From Bigelowiella natans CCMP2755 (lineage: Eukaryota; Protista; Cercozoa), in contig ADNK01002063.1 in NCBI GenBank assembly GCA_000320545.1, forward strand, positions 1-64,000: 64,000 bases of DNA, in the 5' to 3' direction. The position numbers and the translations under genes were made by a program. The notes below the pieces were generated by a model, which saw nothing but the letters and a program-made list of their open reading frames with translations, was not told the DNA's origin and did no database searches. Below are positions 26,308 to 40,084 of the stretch, piece by piece. Every line of letters begins with the position of its first letter. The first letter of the stretch is position 1.

Positions 26308-27399
26308 GAGAGACCTGCCGAGTTTGGGGAAGAGCAGAGGAGAAGAATCGTTAGTATCACACTTGGTTCAGCAAATTCAGACTCTCCAACAGCAACAACA
26401 ACAACAACAACAACAGCGAGAGCGGACAAAAGTATCCATCTCCGAAGCCCCACCCCCAAACAAAACCAGTAAGAATCGTAGTAGTGGTAGCGGCAACAGC
26501 AGCACCCACATCAGTGATACAGAGACTACTTCCAAATCACCGCAGCAATCCCCCCCCCCACCCTCCTCCTCCTCCTCCTCCTCCGCGTCCACCACCATCA
26601 AAACCCCCTCCAGTCCTCCTAAGTTAACTTCGTCATCTTCATCGCCGTCATCCCCGACACCAACAACAGCATCAGCGGCGGCCACAACATCCAAAAATAT
26701 CACCGCCACTAGCAGCGGCGCCTCCAAGAGCAAAACCAACGCTACGGCCATCGCCGTTCCAAAGCCGCGCGTGAGCAACCACACGAACGCTGCTACCGCT
26801 CCCGCCAAAGTGCTGCTGCTGGCAAATGAAACGGCCCCATCGCCTACCTATGTAGTCACGCAAGAGGAGAGGCGACGGGTGGGGAGAACCCTGCTCAGCA
26901 TCTTCAGAAATCGTGAGGTCACAGAGACGCAAGAGGGTAACTGCGATTGCTACGCCGCGTACGTCGCTCGGAAGATGCGGTGCAGCGAAAGTGCGGTTGA
27001 GCGGCTCGCGCCAAAATCCTCGTGCAAGTGCGCCGGGGCAGGAGCCAACGACACCGCTTTCGCGTCCAGAAGCTTGACAACCAAGGGGCGCAGGGAGGAG
27101 GTAATCGTGCCCTTCAGGATTGATGAAAATTGGTGGTGATGATGATGATGATGATGATGACGATGCTATGATACTTGAATGAAGGAGGGAGGAGGGGGAG
27201 GGGGAGGGGGGGATGACGTGAACACCGAGTTCCTAAATCTCTCTCTTGTTCCAATGAGTAGCCGCCGCCGCCGCCACCGCCACGTTATGATTAGTATTCT
27301 ATAAGTTGGGAGTCATTTAGTAGAGAGGTTTCCACACGTCCAAACCAAACATGCATATAATTAATAAAGAGGTAAATGAACATCTTTATTTTTTGAATC

Positions 27400-27457
<58 letters not shown>

Positions 27458-28607
27458 TCAGCTATTCCTCGGGCTCACGCTCTACCAGCACCATTGCCAT
27501 GTCACCTGCTCGCAGGGGGCCGGCGTCCGGCCGCACAACGCTGGTCTCTTCTCCCAACTGCACATCAAATGGCATGAAATCGTGTTCAAAGAACTACGGT
27601 TCCGACCCGTCTCCACGCAGGGATATTCCATCCTCAACGCCGCGTGGGGGTATCTTCCGCAGAAGTGCGCGCACGGCGCGCTTGAGTGCTACTTCGAGAG
27701 GCGGCGCCACGCGTGCGCGACGAAGGAGGAGGCTCTCGAGAACGTCCAGTCGTGGGCAAAGGTCAACAAGGAAAGGAGGAGCGCGAAGAGTCAGGACACG
27801 CAGGTTAGCGGTCGCGAGATAGAGGAGGCCAAAAACGAGATGAAGCTGGCCAACGGCTATTTCGCGCGGTTTTTGATGTGGAAACGGGGGCTCTCCTTCA
27901 CAGACATGGTGGGGGTCACGACGCGGTACATCTTCCAGCCCAACGCAGCGCTCAGGAAAAGGATTTTCGGGGAGATGGAGCGCTTGGGGCTAGTGCCGGG
28001 GGAGTTCCTGGGGGTCAACTTGAGGAGGGGCAAGGACAAGCTCTCGGAGGGAATCACGATCCAACCCTACGAGGAGGTGGCGGTAGCGATCCAGGAGCAT
28101 TGCAGGCAGCACAACGTCTCGACTGTCCACTTCATGTCCGACGACGAGGAGATCCTGGCCTTCCTTCGCGCCCGGTTGAGGGGCATCCGCTTCACGCACA
28201 TCCCGCGCCAGCGGAAGGAGCACGGGAAAAACTGGGACGAGACCGGGTACTTGGTGATGAATTGCTTTATTATCAGCCTCGGCGCACATTTCGTGGGATC
28301 GCTCACCTCCAACCTCGCGCGGTTCATCCTGGAGCTGCAGCTTGGGTGGTCCGCTTTCGGACTGGAAACCCCCTCCTTCACCGACCTGGACGAGTATCTG
28401 GACATGAAGAGGCTGAGGGAGGGGTGGTACTTCTGCGCGGGGAATCACTGTGGGCTGTGCAGGTGGAACGAGACTGTTAATCGCGTTTGCCACGTCCTCA
28501 CGCCGTGCCCTTGGTGCAAAACGGGAGGCTACTGTACACCTGTGGGATGCGAAGACGAAGGAATACAACTGACTAGCGTGGACACCGGCGCCATTATGAA
28601 GATTTAG
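25065..28607 (+). CDS. Type II membrane alpha-1,6-fucosyltransferase-like protein (GT23/FUT8-like) with coiled-coil and Ser/Thr/Pro stem
   Basis: N-terminal anchor IFLCAGMVLIVLATIPL, then a Q-rich coiled coil and STP stem. The last exon has AGLFSQLH, FLGVNLRRGKDK, VHFMSDD and FVGSLTSNLARFILEL, matching FUT8 motifs (CGYGCQLH, GVHVRRTDK, YLATDD, VCTFSSQVCR). Confidence 0.8.
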
Positions 28608-28630
28608 CTTATTAATACTAGTATTAGATA

Positions 28631-28673
<43 letters not shown>

Positions 28674-29526
28674 ATATTACAATATATATATAATATATGC
28701 TTAGTGCAACGGCGTGTGCAAGCCGTGTATTTGTATCAGGTATGCCACGATGAGTAGACACGTACATCTATACATGTGTACAGGTCGTCGGCACATTTGT
28801 GCGTGCCTAGCGCTAGCTAGGTGCGCTCGACTTGTTGTTTTTGTTGTGTGTGCGCACTTGCATGTTGCATCCTGCACACATGCACATGCACCATCGATCA
28901 TGCATGATCTAGATGATGTTGTTATTGCCGCACTCTGTGCGCGCAGCGCACGCTACTAGAGCACGCGCTCTAGCTAGCTAGCGCTGCATGGCTAGATGGG
29001 TAGATGCAATGTGCGTGTGCACACGTGCATGTGTGCGACGACCCATGCCAGCATGGCTTAGCTAGTTAGATGCATCACGCCAGTAGTACGTGCAATGCGC
29101 GTGCTAGCGTGTTTTCATGTGTTCATGTGTACGTCGATCATGAGCATAGTCGATGCAGCTTTAATGATCTAGATAATGGTTAGCTCACTAGCTGTGGAGC
29201 TTGCTGGCTATGCGTCACAAGCGCAGCAATATGCGTCTACTAGACTTCACACACAACACACACACACACACATCACAACTAGACAACACTAGAACATGTT
29301 GTTGACATCTAGACGCGCCTAGACACACGCTATCGATGAAATAGCACGGTCCCGCGCGGTCACCATCATTGACCGTTGCAAACTGCTAATCATCTCTCTA
29401 GCTTGCCCACTTTATTCTAGCAGCACAGATGCATGCATTTAATGACACATTTACAGCTGTTGCCTTTGTTAGTCTAAGAATAACATTGCAGTGTAGTAGG
29501 CACATGAGCCAGGCCGACTAAAGAAC

Positions 29527-29569
<43 letters not shown>

Positions 29570-29787
29570 AATATACATATGTACATTATCACATGAAAAG
29601 CGCCGATTCTCAATTCATTTATTCGGTGCTCCGTCACTGCTCTGCGAGGAAGATGATGATGATGCAGGGCCAGGAGAATGAACCCCCCCGTCTCCGACCT
29701 CTTCGGCAGAGCGACTACTGCTAATGAAAAGGATTGCAGCGTCATTGGACATGGAAAGGCAACTTTCAATGCAGAATCGCTCGATTA

Positions 29788-30972
29788 CTACCTGCGAGAG
29801 GGCGATCGTCGTCGTCGTCTCCGGCTTTTCTTTCTTTTCCTTCGTTTCTTTCTCTTCCGACGCTCCTCTCGGTGGTCATCGTCCTCCTCCGAGTTGGCCA
29901 TGTCATCAGCTGCGGTACATATGTGTGTGCGTGCTTGTGTATGTGTGTGTGCGTGTGTGATATGCGCGCGCGCGAGAGAGAGAGAGCGAGGGGGGGGGAG
30001 GGGGGGAGAGAGGAACACACACATTGATCAAAGAGCTGCTGAATATGCAATAACATTCACTGCACGGCAAATGGCCGACTTGAAGGACCGACAGAAAAAC
30101 AATCTTCAGCGCTTTTTGCATCCTCTCTAGTTTGCTATAAATCTCCTCGTTTCTATGCAAACGAGGACATCTATCTCACGAGAGCATGAACCTTCAACGG
30201 AACAGATGCTCTGCTCTGTACGGCGCTTTGCGATTATCCGAGACCTGAGGAGGAGGAGGAGGAGGAGGAGGAGGAGGAGGAGGAGAAAAAAGAAAGAAAA
30301 TGAATAAATGCAACGGAGGAAGGGATTTCATATACACGGAAATTCGTCATATAAGCTCACACTCTTTCGCGCGCGCGCATGCACACAAACACACATCGCC
30401 ATCAACTGTTTAAACGACTTTTTTAATGACAACATAGTTTGAATGATACTTCCGTTTGAGTGATAGGGTCAAAGACGCATATCCGGCAGAGGAGAGGTAC
30501 ATGACTCGAATAGGCACCTAATATGAAGGCAGGACTAATGTTCTATATCGTATAGAAACACGGCGAAACAAAGCAAAGATCATCTTCTCAATCGTCCCAT
30601 GAAAACTGATAGGGAAAAAGAACACCGAGGTTCCTTTTATCACCACAGGTCTTCTGGTGGGATTACAACACTGACTGCCCGTCGTGGGGAATGACTATTT
30701 TTGTGTTTTTGTTCGTGAAATCCACTTTGCATCAAAGGCCCTTCAACGCGTATTTGTTCCAATGCTCGCAGTGCTATCGCCGTCGTCTCCCCCCCCCCTC
30801 CCTCTCTCTTTCCCCATCTCTCTTCCTCCTCTTCTTCTTTCTTCTTCTTCTTCTCGTTGTTGTTGGCTGACCCCTTTGTAGGCCCTCCCCACGAAGTACT
30901 TGTACACGTTCTGGGCGACAGCGACGTCGCTGAGCTCTATCACGACTAACGGTGGTGGGTGGCGGTGGTACA

Positions 30973-31037
<65 letters not shown>

Positions 31038-31398
31038 TGTGTGTGTGCCCTACTGCATTCTACAAAAACCATATCGCAAAACATGCACACGAAGTTGTAG
31101 TAGTAGTAGTAGCGAAAGCCCTCACCATGCCCCTTGACGGTGTATGGCCCCGAGAGAATCTGCCCTCCATGATCCACGAGCACACTCTGCACTTCGCGCG
31201 CAACCTACGCGTTGGCATGGGGAGAGGCAGGTGCAAAGCCGATGTGTCAAAGAACTGAGATGCAAGAGACCGACGAAGCTCGCGATGTAATTCACCTCGT
31301 TCTCGATGTTCATGTAGTATTCGCGTGTGAGTACCACGTAGCTGCAGTAGCAAAGGAGGGTATCGCTCAACGAGGTACGATGGTATTTTATATTATTT

Positions 31399-31435
<37 letters not shown>

Positions 31436-31796
31436 CTCGCTCACTCTTTAGCATTATTCCTCTAGTACACCACAGGATGAAAGACGCAGCAGCAACGCTG
31501 CAAGGGATACGGCTCTTTTTCATTTCACATCACTCATGCTTTGACAAGGCGCGGGATGACAGCTCAAAACCGTTGTCTTCTCCTTCGGTGCTCATGACTA
31601 CATCTACATGCTGCTACTACCTGCTCGGGGTACACAAGCCATTTAGGCACACGTACGGCGTGGCAATCGGAGAAGGCTAGATCGAGTAGGATACAACACA
31701 ATACCTTTGCTTACAAAGCGGGAATGAAATGCCATATGGCATGGCTGAAGATTCCATCAAAATCATCACTAGAGCCATTCTCATATCATCATCAGG

Positions 31797-31829
<33 letters not shown>

Positions 31830-32749
31830 TTGCTGCTGCTGCTGCTACTACCTGTAGAGCTTCCATAGCGTCCATTTCAATCGAGGTCTTCGGTACCATT
31901 GGTGGAGGATTCACGGGGCCTGCAAACATTGATCATAAGCAGCGGGTTTCGTAATCAACCACCATTCTATGCTCAGGACCTGGGATCGAAGGAGGCGGCG
32001 CTCTGCCAACCTGCAAAACGACGTCATCAGTCCTCATCTAGCTCTCGCACAGTTGTTGTTTTGATGGTAGGTAAAGAATGGTGGATGGTGAGTAGACAGT
32101 GATGAAGCTGAAAAAGAGTGCCGGGGAATATTCGCTGCGTGATAAAGCGAGCGACGTCGTTTTCGAGGACAGAATCGTCGATGCTCTCGCTGCACGATAC
32201 CCATCCGAATTTCCATTTGTGAGAGGAAGCCTTACCTGTGATGTGGTGCTGGACGATGTGGTGAGAAGTGGTACCCTATCGCAATGACGACAAGAAGAAG
32301 AAAGAAAAATGAGAAGAAAACAGAGAGAGGAGGAGAAGGGGGGGGGGGGGGGGGGGAGGGTGACGGGCGTTACGACGGTATTTGTGAGCGGTAGTTTGAA
32401 ATTGAATGGGGAATGACGGCAGCGATGACTTGGAAGAAGCAGCAGTAGCTCTGTTTTGGAGGTATTCAACGTTGTTGTGCATGTCGGGCATTGCACGACC
32501 AACAGTCTGCGCTCTCGGTGCCTTTTTTACGAATTTTATATTTATATTAAAAAAGGAGGAGGAGAATCATCACCCCCATTTGATCAGTCAAACAACAAGC
32601 TGCATTAGGGAGATTCACCATCACCACTCCATTCGTCATTAAACAAGCTGCATTCGTCATTTAACAAGCTGCATTCGTCGTCATCGCATCGGACGTACGT
32701 AGCTGAGAATGGACCCCGGGCGTGATGAGTCGGTGATGTTCTGAGCCAT
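29788..32749 (-). CDS. RRM/UHM-like domain protein with Arg/Lys/Ser-rich C-terminal tail (splicing-factor-like)
   Basis: Exons YVVLTREYYMNIENEVNY; GHVVIELSDVAVAQNVYKYFVGRAYKG|VPIRVMYL resemble the C-terminal half of a UHM-type RRM. Tail is EERRKRKKRRKRKKSRRRRRRSPSRR. 5' exon structure uncertain. Confidence 0.55.
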
Positions 32750-33039
32750 GTAATCCACAGTAGTAGCACGTGAGACGCCGCCGAGAGTGCGCTCGATGTA
32801 TCATCATTTTTTATGATAAAAAATAGTCGTAATCAGTACCTTAACCTTCTTTCTAAACACATTGTTGTGGGTGCTGTGACTGCTGGCGAGCGGGATGGCC
32901 CTCTCTCGCATCTGATGGATCTGATAGTAACAGCCGATGGATGGGGAGGGGGGGGAAGGGAGGGGGAATGATGATGGGGGAAAACTACTTGAAGGTCTAC
33001 GTGTTTATTATTTACTAAGTTTTATTAAATCATTACGAA

Positions 33040-35070
33040 TACTTAGGGACGACAAGGATATGAACGTTCTAAATGCCATTCTCCCAATTCACGCCAAAAG
33101 AGGTTGATGGTAAATGCCCCCATACGCCTCCGCGTACCGCGCATAACACCCTCAATTTATGCGAAAACCAACAGCATCTCATCATTTTGGGTGATCTAAC
33201 CGGAGTACCTTCGCCTCGTAGTCTTGCTTTAAGAAAGCTGCATCCTTACGATGCGACTCAACTGCCCCTTTTAAGGAGGAGTTCTTTTCCTAAGAGCCAT
33301 GATGGTTTCCAATTGTAAACGATTTTTTTTCAGTCACGTCGCAGATCGATTCGCCGTATAAGTACGACTTTACCTTCAAAGCCGAGATTTCCTTCCTTTG
33401 ATTTTTCGTTTCAGCCTGACGGAAGCTGGTTAAGAGGCGAGATCCCTCAATAGAACTATCAAATTCCTACCTCAAGGTGCTGGATGGTACTTAATTGGCC
33501 GTTTCTGATGATAGGTATACCGTACAAGTGAGTGTTCATTAGCAAACAAAGGTAGGATATATTCGCACTTACGAGATGTTCCCTCCAAGGTCCTCCTTCA
33601 GTCGATTCACCAGAGCTTGCAGCTGCAAAGCCGTGTTTCTCAATAAAATTCGAAGAGCGCCACATCGGTGAGAATGGGAGTCAAGTACCTCTTCGCATTT
33701 CTTCTTAAGTTGAGAAGCTTCACGGGTTTTCGCATGCAATGCTGTCAGCATTACACTCGAAGATACTCGAATCTTTCAATATCAAAAGAGCCAAAGAGCC
33801 CGCAGATGACCATGGAAAAACAACCCAACAATTTATAATGGCTACGTTCCACACGGAATGTCATATTTCCATGGCCAACAACAAGAGAAACAGTCTTTGG
33901 GAAGGTTTTCCACATCATGCAAAAGGAGATAGATTTTACCTCCGTTGTCCATATCAAGTCTCCATTTTCCCCAGGTTTCATCTTTGTTTTTTGCACCAAA
34001 ATGAACACTCGTATTACGAATCAATATCAATAGTTACCAATTAACTGCTGATGAAGTGTGAAACCAGCGAAAATAATAGAAATACATGATATCTTACCGC
34101 TCCTGCCGACGGAATAGACAAGGAAATGCGATGATCTATGAACGATGGGACTGCACTCTTTTCAGCATTTTCGACGGTGTGGTTGTTCAGTATCCCTGAG
34201 GATTTCCTCTCCTTCACATCCGTGGCCATGCTTTTCAACCGATTCATTTCCTCTTTACTAAGGCTTTCCGACTGAAAGGAAAAAGGGTCAATGTCGCTGA
34301 GCACTCTGCAGCCTTCTCTCAGAACTGGAGAGAAAACATAAGTGAAGAGGGTGGCGCCCTAGTGCGCTTGAGGTTCGATTTGATGACATTTTCAGGCCAC
34401 TTTCGTGCACATCGCAATCATCGCAACTACCATTAATTTCGAGCACGGTGCTGTGAGGGGGTGGCTAACGAAGGTGCGTGTGCCTCGGACGATACTTGGA
34501 GTACACTTCGGTTTCGCCGGTGATTTTATATGAGCGACAAGCGTTTTGCATGAAACGTGCTAATAAATGTAAGAAGTATCCTGAACTCCACGCCAGTGAC
34601 CCGTACGACCTGGTACAATTTCGAACATCTGTTTTTCTGGTGTCGCAGAGAAATAGCGGGTTATTTTTTATTGATGCGACTGGATTTATATCGCGGATTT
34701 CCCTTCTTTTCCGTCTAAAAAGCAGGGCTCAATGCGCCGTGAGAATACCGAAGAGACACACTTTGGTTGAAGAACGAAGAACCAAAATCTCTCGATGTCT
34801 CCGAGGGTCTCGAAGGACGAGCAGCAACAGATCCTCGTCGCATCTGTAAAATAGAGAAAAACTCCATGTCGCTAAGTTAATTCGCAAGTACGAAATATTG
34901 TCATGAAACGAGAAGATACCGTCATTTTTCATATTCCAAGAATCTCCGTCACACGCACGGAGCTTGGCGGGCAGGGTGTGGACGACGCGCTTAGTGACCA
35001 GAGCAAGGTAGCTGCTGTAGCTGCTACAATCCTTGCTCTCGCGATTCTATCGGAAAGGTGAATGTGTGCG
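33040..35070 (-). CDS. Hypothetical protein with coiled-coil segments; may be 5' exons of the neighbouring gene
   Basis: Several GT-AG-bounded coding-like segments: SYGSLAWSSGYFLHLLARFMQ..; VLSDIDPFSFQSESLSKEEMNRLK..; LLTALHAKTREASQLKKKCEEVL..; AETKNQRKEISALK. Boundaries approximate. Confidence 0.35.
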
Positions 35071-35878
35071 CGGCGTATGACGAGATGCAGTGATGACAAT
35101 GACGAGTGGTGATGGCTGACGAGACGACGACGACGATGGTGATGATGAGAATATGATGTCTTTAGTACACGCTGCTGTTGATCGAAACGTAACTCCTCGA
35201 TACTAACTTAGCCCAAATTTGGCCTTTGCTTTTTGCCCCAATCGCGACGTCCGCAGATATCCGAGCAAAAAGTAATTCTCACACATGCTGCTCGCGATCA
35301 AGGCCCGCAAATTTGTTGTGGCCCAATGTAGTTGCAAATCTGGCGACATAAGTCCCCTGGTGAAGGCAATGTGGAGGGCAATTTGGAAGTTCTAGGTTAC
35401 ATGTACACACCGCGTGCAATCAGTAAGCGAACGCGCAGGCACAACTAGACAAGCTCTCTAGAACTCTTCCTTCTAGCCTTGGTCAATCTAAATGAGACAC
35501 AACTACATTGCATTGCAGCATGTGTGTTTATGCACATGCTGTCGAATTGCAAGAACGATGGTGCACTGCCGATGCTGATGATACGACGTAGGCCGGACAT
35601 GCGATGGCGTGGTTGCGGCGTGCGTCACATGCACGTGCGCACGCCATGTATGCATGCATGGTCTGCTACTGTGTGCAGCAACAACGCATCTAGCCACGCG
35701 ACTTACACATGCTAGCATGGCCCAGCATGGATGATATAAATTCTAAACGTCTACATCACACTGTACGCGTAGTGGAGCACGGCCGATATGCAGGCTAGCA
35801 CGAAGAACGACTTCTCATGGATAAATCGTTGCCTGTGACACATGCATGAGCGCTTATTCTCTTTCATCGAACACCGCT

Positions 35879-37298
35879 TCAATCCGCCTTTTTTTCTCCC
35901 GCCTTCGAGTCCCCAGCCCCCTTAAACAATAGGCATTTCTGCAGCGCGGCTTTCTCTTTCATTCGGAGCCGAATAGCTACGCGAGCGTTGGCAGAGAGGG
36001 ATTTATCGTCCTTGAGTCGCTTCTCGTCCTCCTCCAAAGTAGTCTTATACCTTCAAGAATCGATAAGTAAGGTTGGGGGCATTCTGATACATATATCTTA
36101 CGTTCTTTGCTATCTAAATAAGGTTTTTGCAACAAGAACAAGAGCACGGTATCGAGAAGGTACTTTGCAAGAGTCCTCTTGACGACTTCGTGTAGTAGGG
36201 CAACAGCTTCCGCCTCGTTTCTGTCACTCAGCTTGCTGATAACAGCTGTCTTTGCCTTGAGGACTGTAGCAGCCTCTTCCTTATTGCAACGACAAATACG
36301 GAGCCAAGTCATACAGATATCTGATGGCGCCCCGGTTGCGGACGTAATGCGAAACGGCTGGATCATCGATGTGAGCCGACGGTTTTGCAGCAGCAGCTTT
36401 CTGATTTTCGAGACTGAGGAGTCACTGTCTTCGTGAGAAAACACGACCTAATTTTGGTACGACAAGAAGGCGATTTGTGAAGGCATTTCTCTCTAAATAA
36501 TGACAACTACAAGAGATAACGATGCAGGATAAGCGTATGCCACTACATGAGATAACGATGCAGGGTAAGCGTATGCAGTAGTAGCTGTACATTATGTATT
36601 TTCAATCTTGACATATCAAATGTATGTATTTTATATTTATTTTATATTTAAATATTTTGAAAAGCAGAAACTATTATAGCACTATTGTGGGATTTACTGA
36701 TAGTAGAGAGATCATTCGTCGTCGTTACTCAACGCATTTGACATCATCATCATCATTATCATCATCATCATCCTATCTACACACCTCAACGTAGTCCTCC
36801 TTGTTGTCATCAGCAACAAAGCCAGAGAACAAGAACAGCTTCGAGTTCGGCCTGTACCACGTATATCGTATCAGGAAAAACACAAAGAAGGAAACTACAA
36901 CATCTAGGAGCCCCCTTCCTACTGACTAGTTCTTAGACTGTAAGAATAAAAATCACCTTTTCCCGTAGTAAATATATATCTGCTTTCCTTCTTTGATATC
37001 GTCCATCGTGAAGCTCTCACTCGCATGAACCTCATCGTTGTACTGCGTGGTGAGTTCTCCGTCGCGAAAGTTGCAGAAGTCCCACCCCGGGATAAGGGCG
37101 AGGACGCTCTGGGAAGACGATTCCTGTGAGGGGGGGGAAAAATCGGAACTTGTTGTTTCTTTCAGCATGTTTGAATTGTCCCGCAACTCGGCGGCGAATG
37201 GCCATGCGGCGGGACCAAAAGCATCAGCGTCTTCTTCTCAAATATATTATACATGTATATATATGGTTGAGTAAACATGTTGAGCAATGTTGGGGAAT

Positions 37299-37337
<39 letters not shown>

Positions 37338-38164
37338 CATACATATTATTACATTTATATTTATACCTTGGACGGTATTCTGTTCTGCCTAGTCATCACC
37401 ACTCCGACAGCCCACCGGAAATCACGATACGTAAATTTAGGAAGCTTTAACATCACGGTTGGGCGTCCTTTGAGTAGCTTTGTGGTGAGGATGTACTGCC
37501 TCAGCGTTTGCTTCTGAATCTTCAGGGCATCGTAGTGGGCCGGGCTGCCTTCAAGCAAGGACAATTCCTCCGTTGTGTAGAATAGGGGGAGGGTGAAGTG
37601 GCGAGGGAGAGCGTCCAGGTAGGATTTGTGGAAGCTGCTCGGGTTCAGGCTTTCGAACATCACATGCACGGCCAGCATCAAGTTGGGCATTCTGGCGAAA
37701 GTCGGGTCCTTCATTAGAACCGCACCGACCGGAGATTGCGAGGCCTGTGCAGATGTAATCATGACGTCTCGCGGTATCTCTATGAACTTCTCGTGGCGCT
37801 TGAGGGCGCGTTTCGCCACGATGCCGCTGCCCTCTTCCAAGCCGTCCCACTTGAACTCGAAGGCGTCGCCGAGCTTACAATCAGGCGCGTTCTTCGAAAG
37901 CCAAGCGCTGAATTTTTCTCCAGCTTCCTTCCTATCGCCATCGCTTCTTTTGAAGCGATCCCCATCCACCACAGCTTGGGCTTTGATGAGCTCGAGGACA
38001 GGTTTCTGCTGGTAAGCGATCTGTTTTTGGAGTTCCTCCAGGTCCTCCTTGATGTATGTCCCCCCGATTTTCTGCGGCTTAAAGCTCGCCACAACCTGTG
38101 AAAGTAATGCAAGCTTCGCCTTGCAAGGATCCTTGGCCGCTCGTCCGCCCTTCTTCTTCGCCAT
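35879..38164 (-). CDS. SETD3: SETD3-like SET-domain methyltransferase (actin-histidine N-methyltransferase family) with Rubisco-LSMT substrate-binding domain
   Basis: FTYRDFRWAVGVVMTRQNRIP, ALIPGWDFCN, QIYIYYGKRPNSKLFLFSGF and YKTTLEEDE..AIRLRMKEK closely follow SETD3 motifs. Five exons; stop at 35879-35881. Confidence 0.88.
36506..36577. repeat. 36-bp tandem duplication (2 copies) in a SETD3 intron
   Basis: ACTACAAGAGATAACGATGCAGGATAAGCGTATGCC followed by ACTACATGAGATAACGATGCAGGGTAAGCGTATGCA. Confidence 0.9.
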
Positions 38165-38822
38165 GCTCCTCGTCGGACGGGTGTATCGCCTTTCGGAATG
38201 TGGAACCCACAAATAGAATCAGTGCAAATTAGGCAAAATATTGTCGGTATTTAGACCAATTTTTCCCCTCCTTTTATGCTCTTTCGAGAGTTACTTATCC
38301 AGCTGCGGAAAAGCTTGTACGTTACCCGATCACGTAAATATTACCAATTATTTATGACCAAATTGTCCGTTTCAGAACAGTCAAATGGCCTCAGATTCGT
38401 CGGAGATGCCTCTCAGAATGCGCAGGAAGTACGCAGGCACGAGCACCCGATTTTTTATTTTCATTCCATCGTTTTTTCTCTCTTTTCTCTTGTTGGCGTT
38501 CTGAACCGGAAATCTACCAAGATCCCATTACACTTCATCAATACGACATGAACATCGAGGATGCATTCTTTACTAAATTCGAAGATAGTCGCCAACGGCC
38601 GATCTCGAACTATACTGAATCTCCAGAAGATCTCGAAGATTTCCATGAATCTCTGGAGGAGCTCGCGAGTCCACAGTCGATTGGCAGCTCTGCCCCATGT
38701 AGGGATGGCATCAGTGATTCTCTCTTTGTATTTTGTCATGACGATCGGTTCTTCGAAACATTATTTCTTTAAGTTTTGTTAGCTGTAAGCTTGGTTTAGA
38801 ACTTATCGGTTTACTGTCTTCT

Positions 38823-38878
<56 letters not shown>

Positions 38879-38914
38879 ATGTGTATATTTTCATTTTCTA
38901 CTAGATTGGGGATT

Positions 38915-40084
38915 ATGCCAGTCTGCATTTTAGCATTAGCACTGGTCTCTTTCCTGGTGGTTGGTGGAACATCAAACCTCAACATTCACCTCAAGTTGTC
39001 GCCCGAGGCAGAAGCTGCTGCCATTTCAGTGAACACCATGCTAACGCAAGCGTGCAAGGTGATTGAATCCTCGTCGATTTATGTTTTAATAATGATGGTG
39101 CTATCATGTGTTAAGAATCAATTGTTCTGCTTGAATCTCAGGGAAATGATGTCGATCTTACAGACACTGAGCAGCCGCATATAACAGTAATTCCATACAT
39201 CAACACCAACCGTTATTAACTACGTAAATGATGAAGAAATGGGGTCAATCATGTTCTCACATATTACACCTACACGAGCGCGAAGCGCGTATTTTATCTT
39301 TATGCCTGCATCTTATTGGACCCGCTTTCTAGAATGCACGTACTAATGAGCGTGTCTGCGAACGTTTCCACAACAGATGTATCTAACCAGCTTCGACTTT
39401 CCGGATTCGGTGGTATGGAAATTGAGCAATCTTACAGCCGCTGGACCCCCCTCCCCACTGCTTCCCGATAACGGATGTGCGCCTATCAAACTTCAAAGCG
39501 TGGTAGTGTCAGGATGCTATGCGATGTGGCAAGTCCAGCCGAACGCGTGCTTGCAGCACATTAGCGACGCTGTAGTGAACGCCACGTTCAGCTACGCAAC
39601 GCCCAACCAAACGATTCCTGATTGGGTCAAGCAGCTTCCAGAGCCACTGCGCTCTGAAAAGGAGGAAATGGTCCGAAGGTCCCCCTCCAAATCCGCATGT
39701 CGCCGCGTTGACTTTCATCTTGCATCCCTGAACATGAAAAAATACGAAATACAAACCGGTGACGACCTCCATTTTCCCAAGAACTATGTAGGTGACAGCA
39801 TCTCTGTATATGCCAATGAGCGGAAATGTTGATAATTCAGGTACGGATCTCCGAATGTGTTCTCCCAATTTAAGCCTCACGTGACCGTTGGATTCGATTG
39901 CGAGGCGGGGCAGTCTGCGAAATACACTTCGTGTTTGCAAGGCGCGATCGCTGATATGATGACGAAAGGTGCTTTGCCAAAGCCAGCTCCTTTTGAAGCT
40001 GATATTCTCAGTGTGGGTAGTGTGGGTCCACATGGAACAGTTTTACGAGGGCAGGATTTTGCCAATTTCACGATATCTCACTAG
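38915..40084 (+). CDS. Secreted 2H phosphoesterase superfamily protein (two HxT motifs)
   Basis: Signal peptide MPVCILALALVSFLVVGG. The four spliced exons give EQPHIT|MYLTSF and YGSPNVFSQFKPHVTVG, the two catalytic H-x-T motifs. Confidence 0.75.

Noticed and set aside
27184-27213. G-run tract with G-quadruplex potential
   Set aside because: One of many intronic poly-G/C low-complexity runs, with no specific support.
32594-32680. AACAAGCTGCATT repeated three times, superficially CRISPR-like
   Set aside because: Local tandem duplication in an intron, with no regular unique spacers and no cas genes.
38461-38782. Short ORFs between SETD3 and the 2H gene
   Set aside because: None splices in frame to the downstream gene. 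Probably promoter or 5' UTR.
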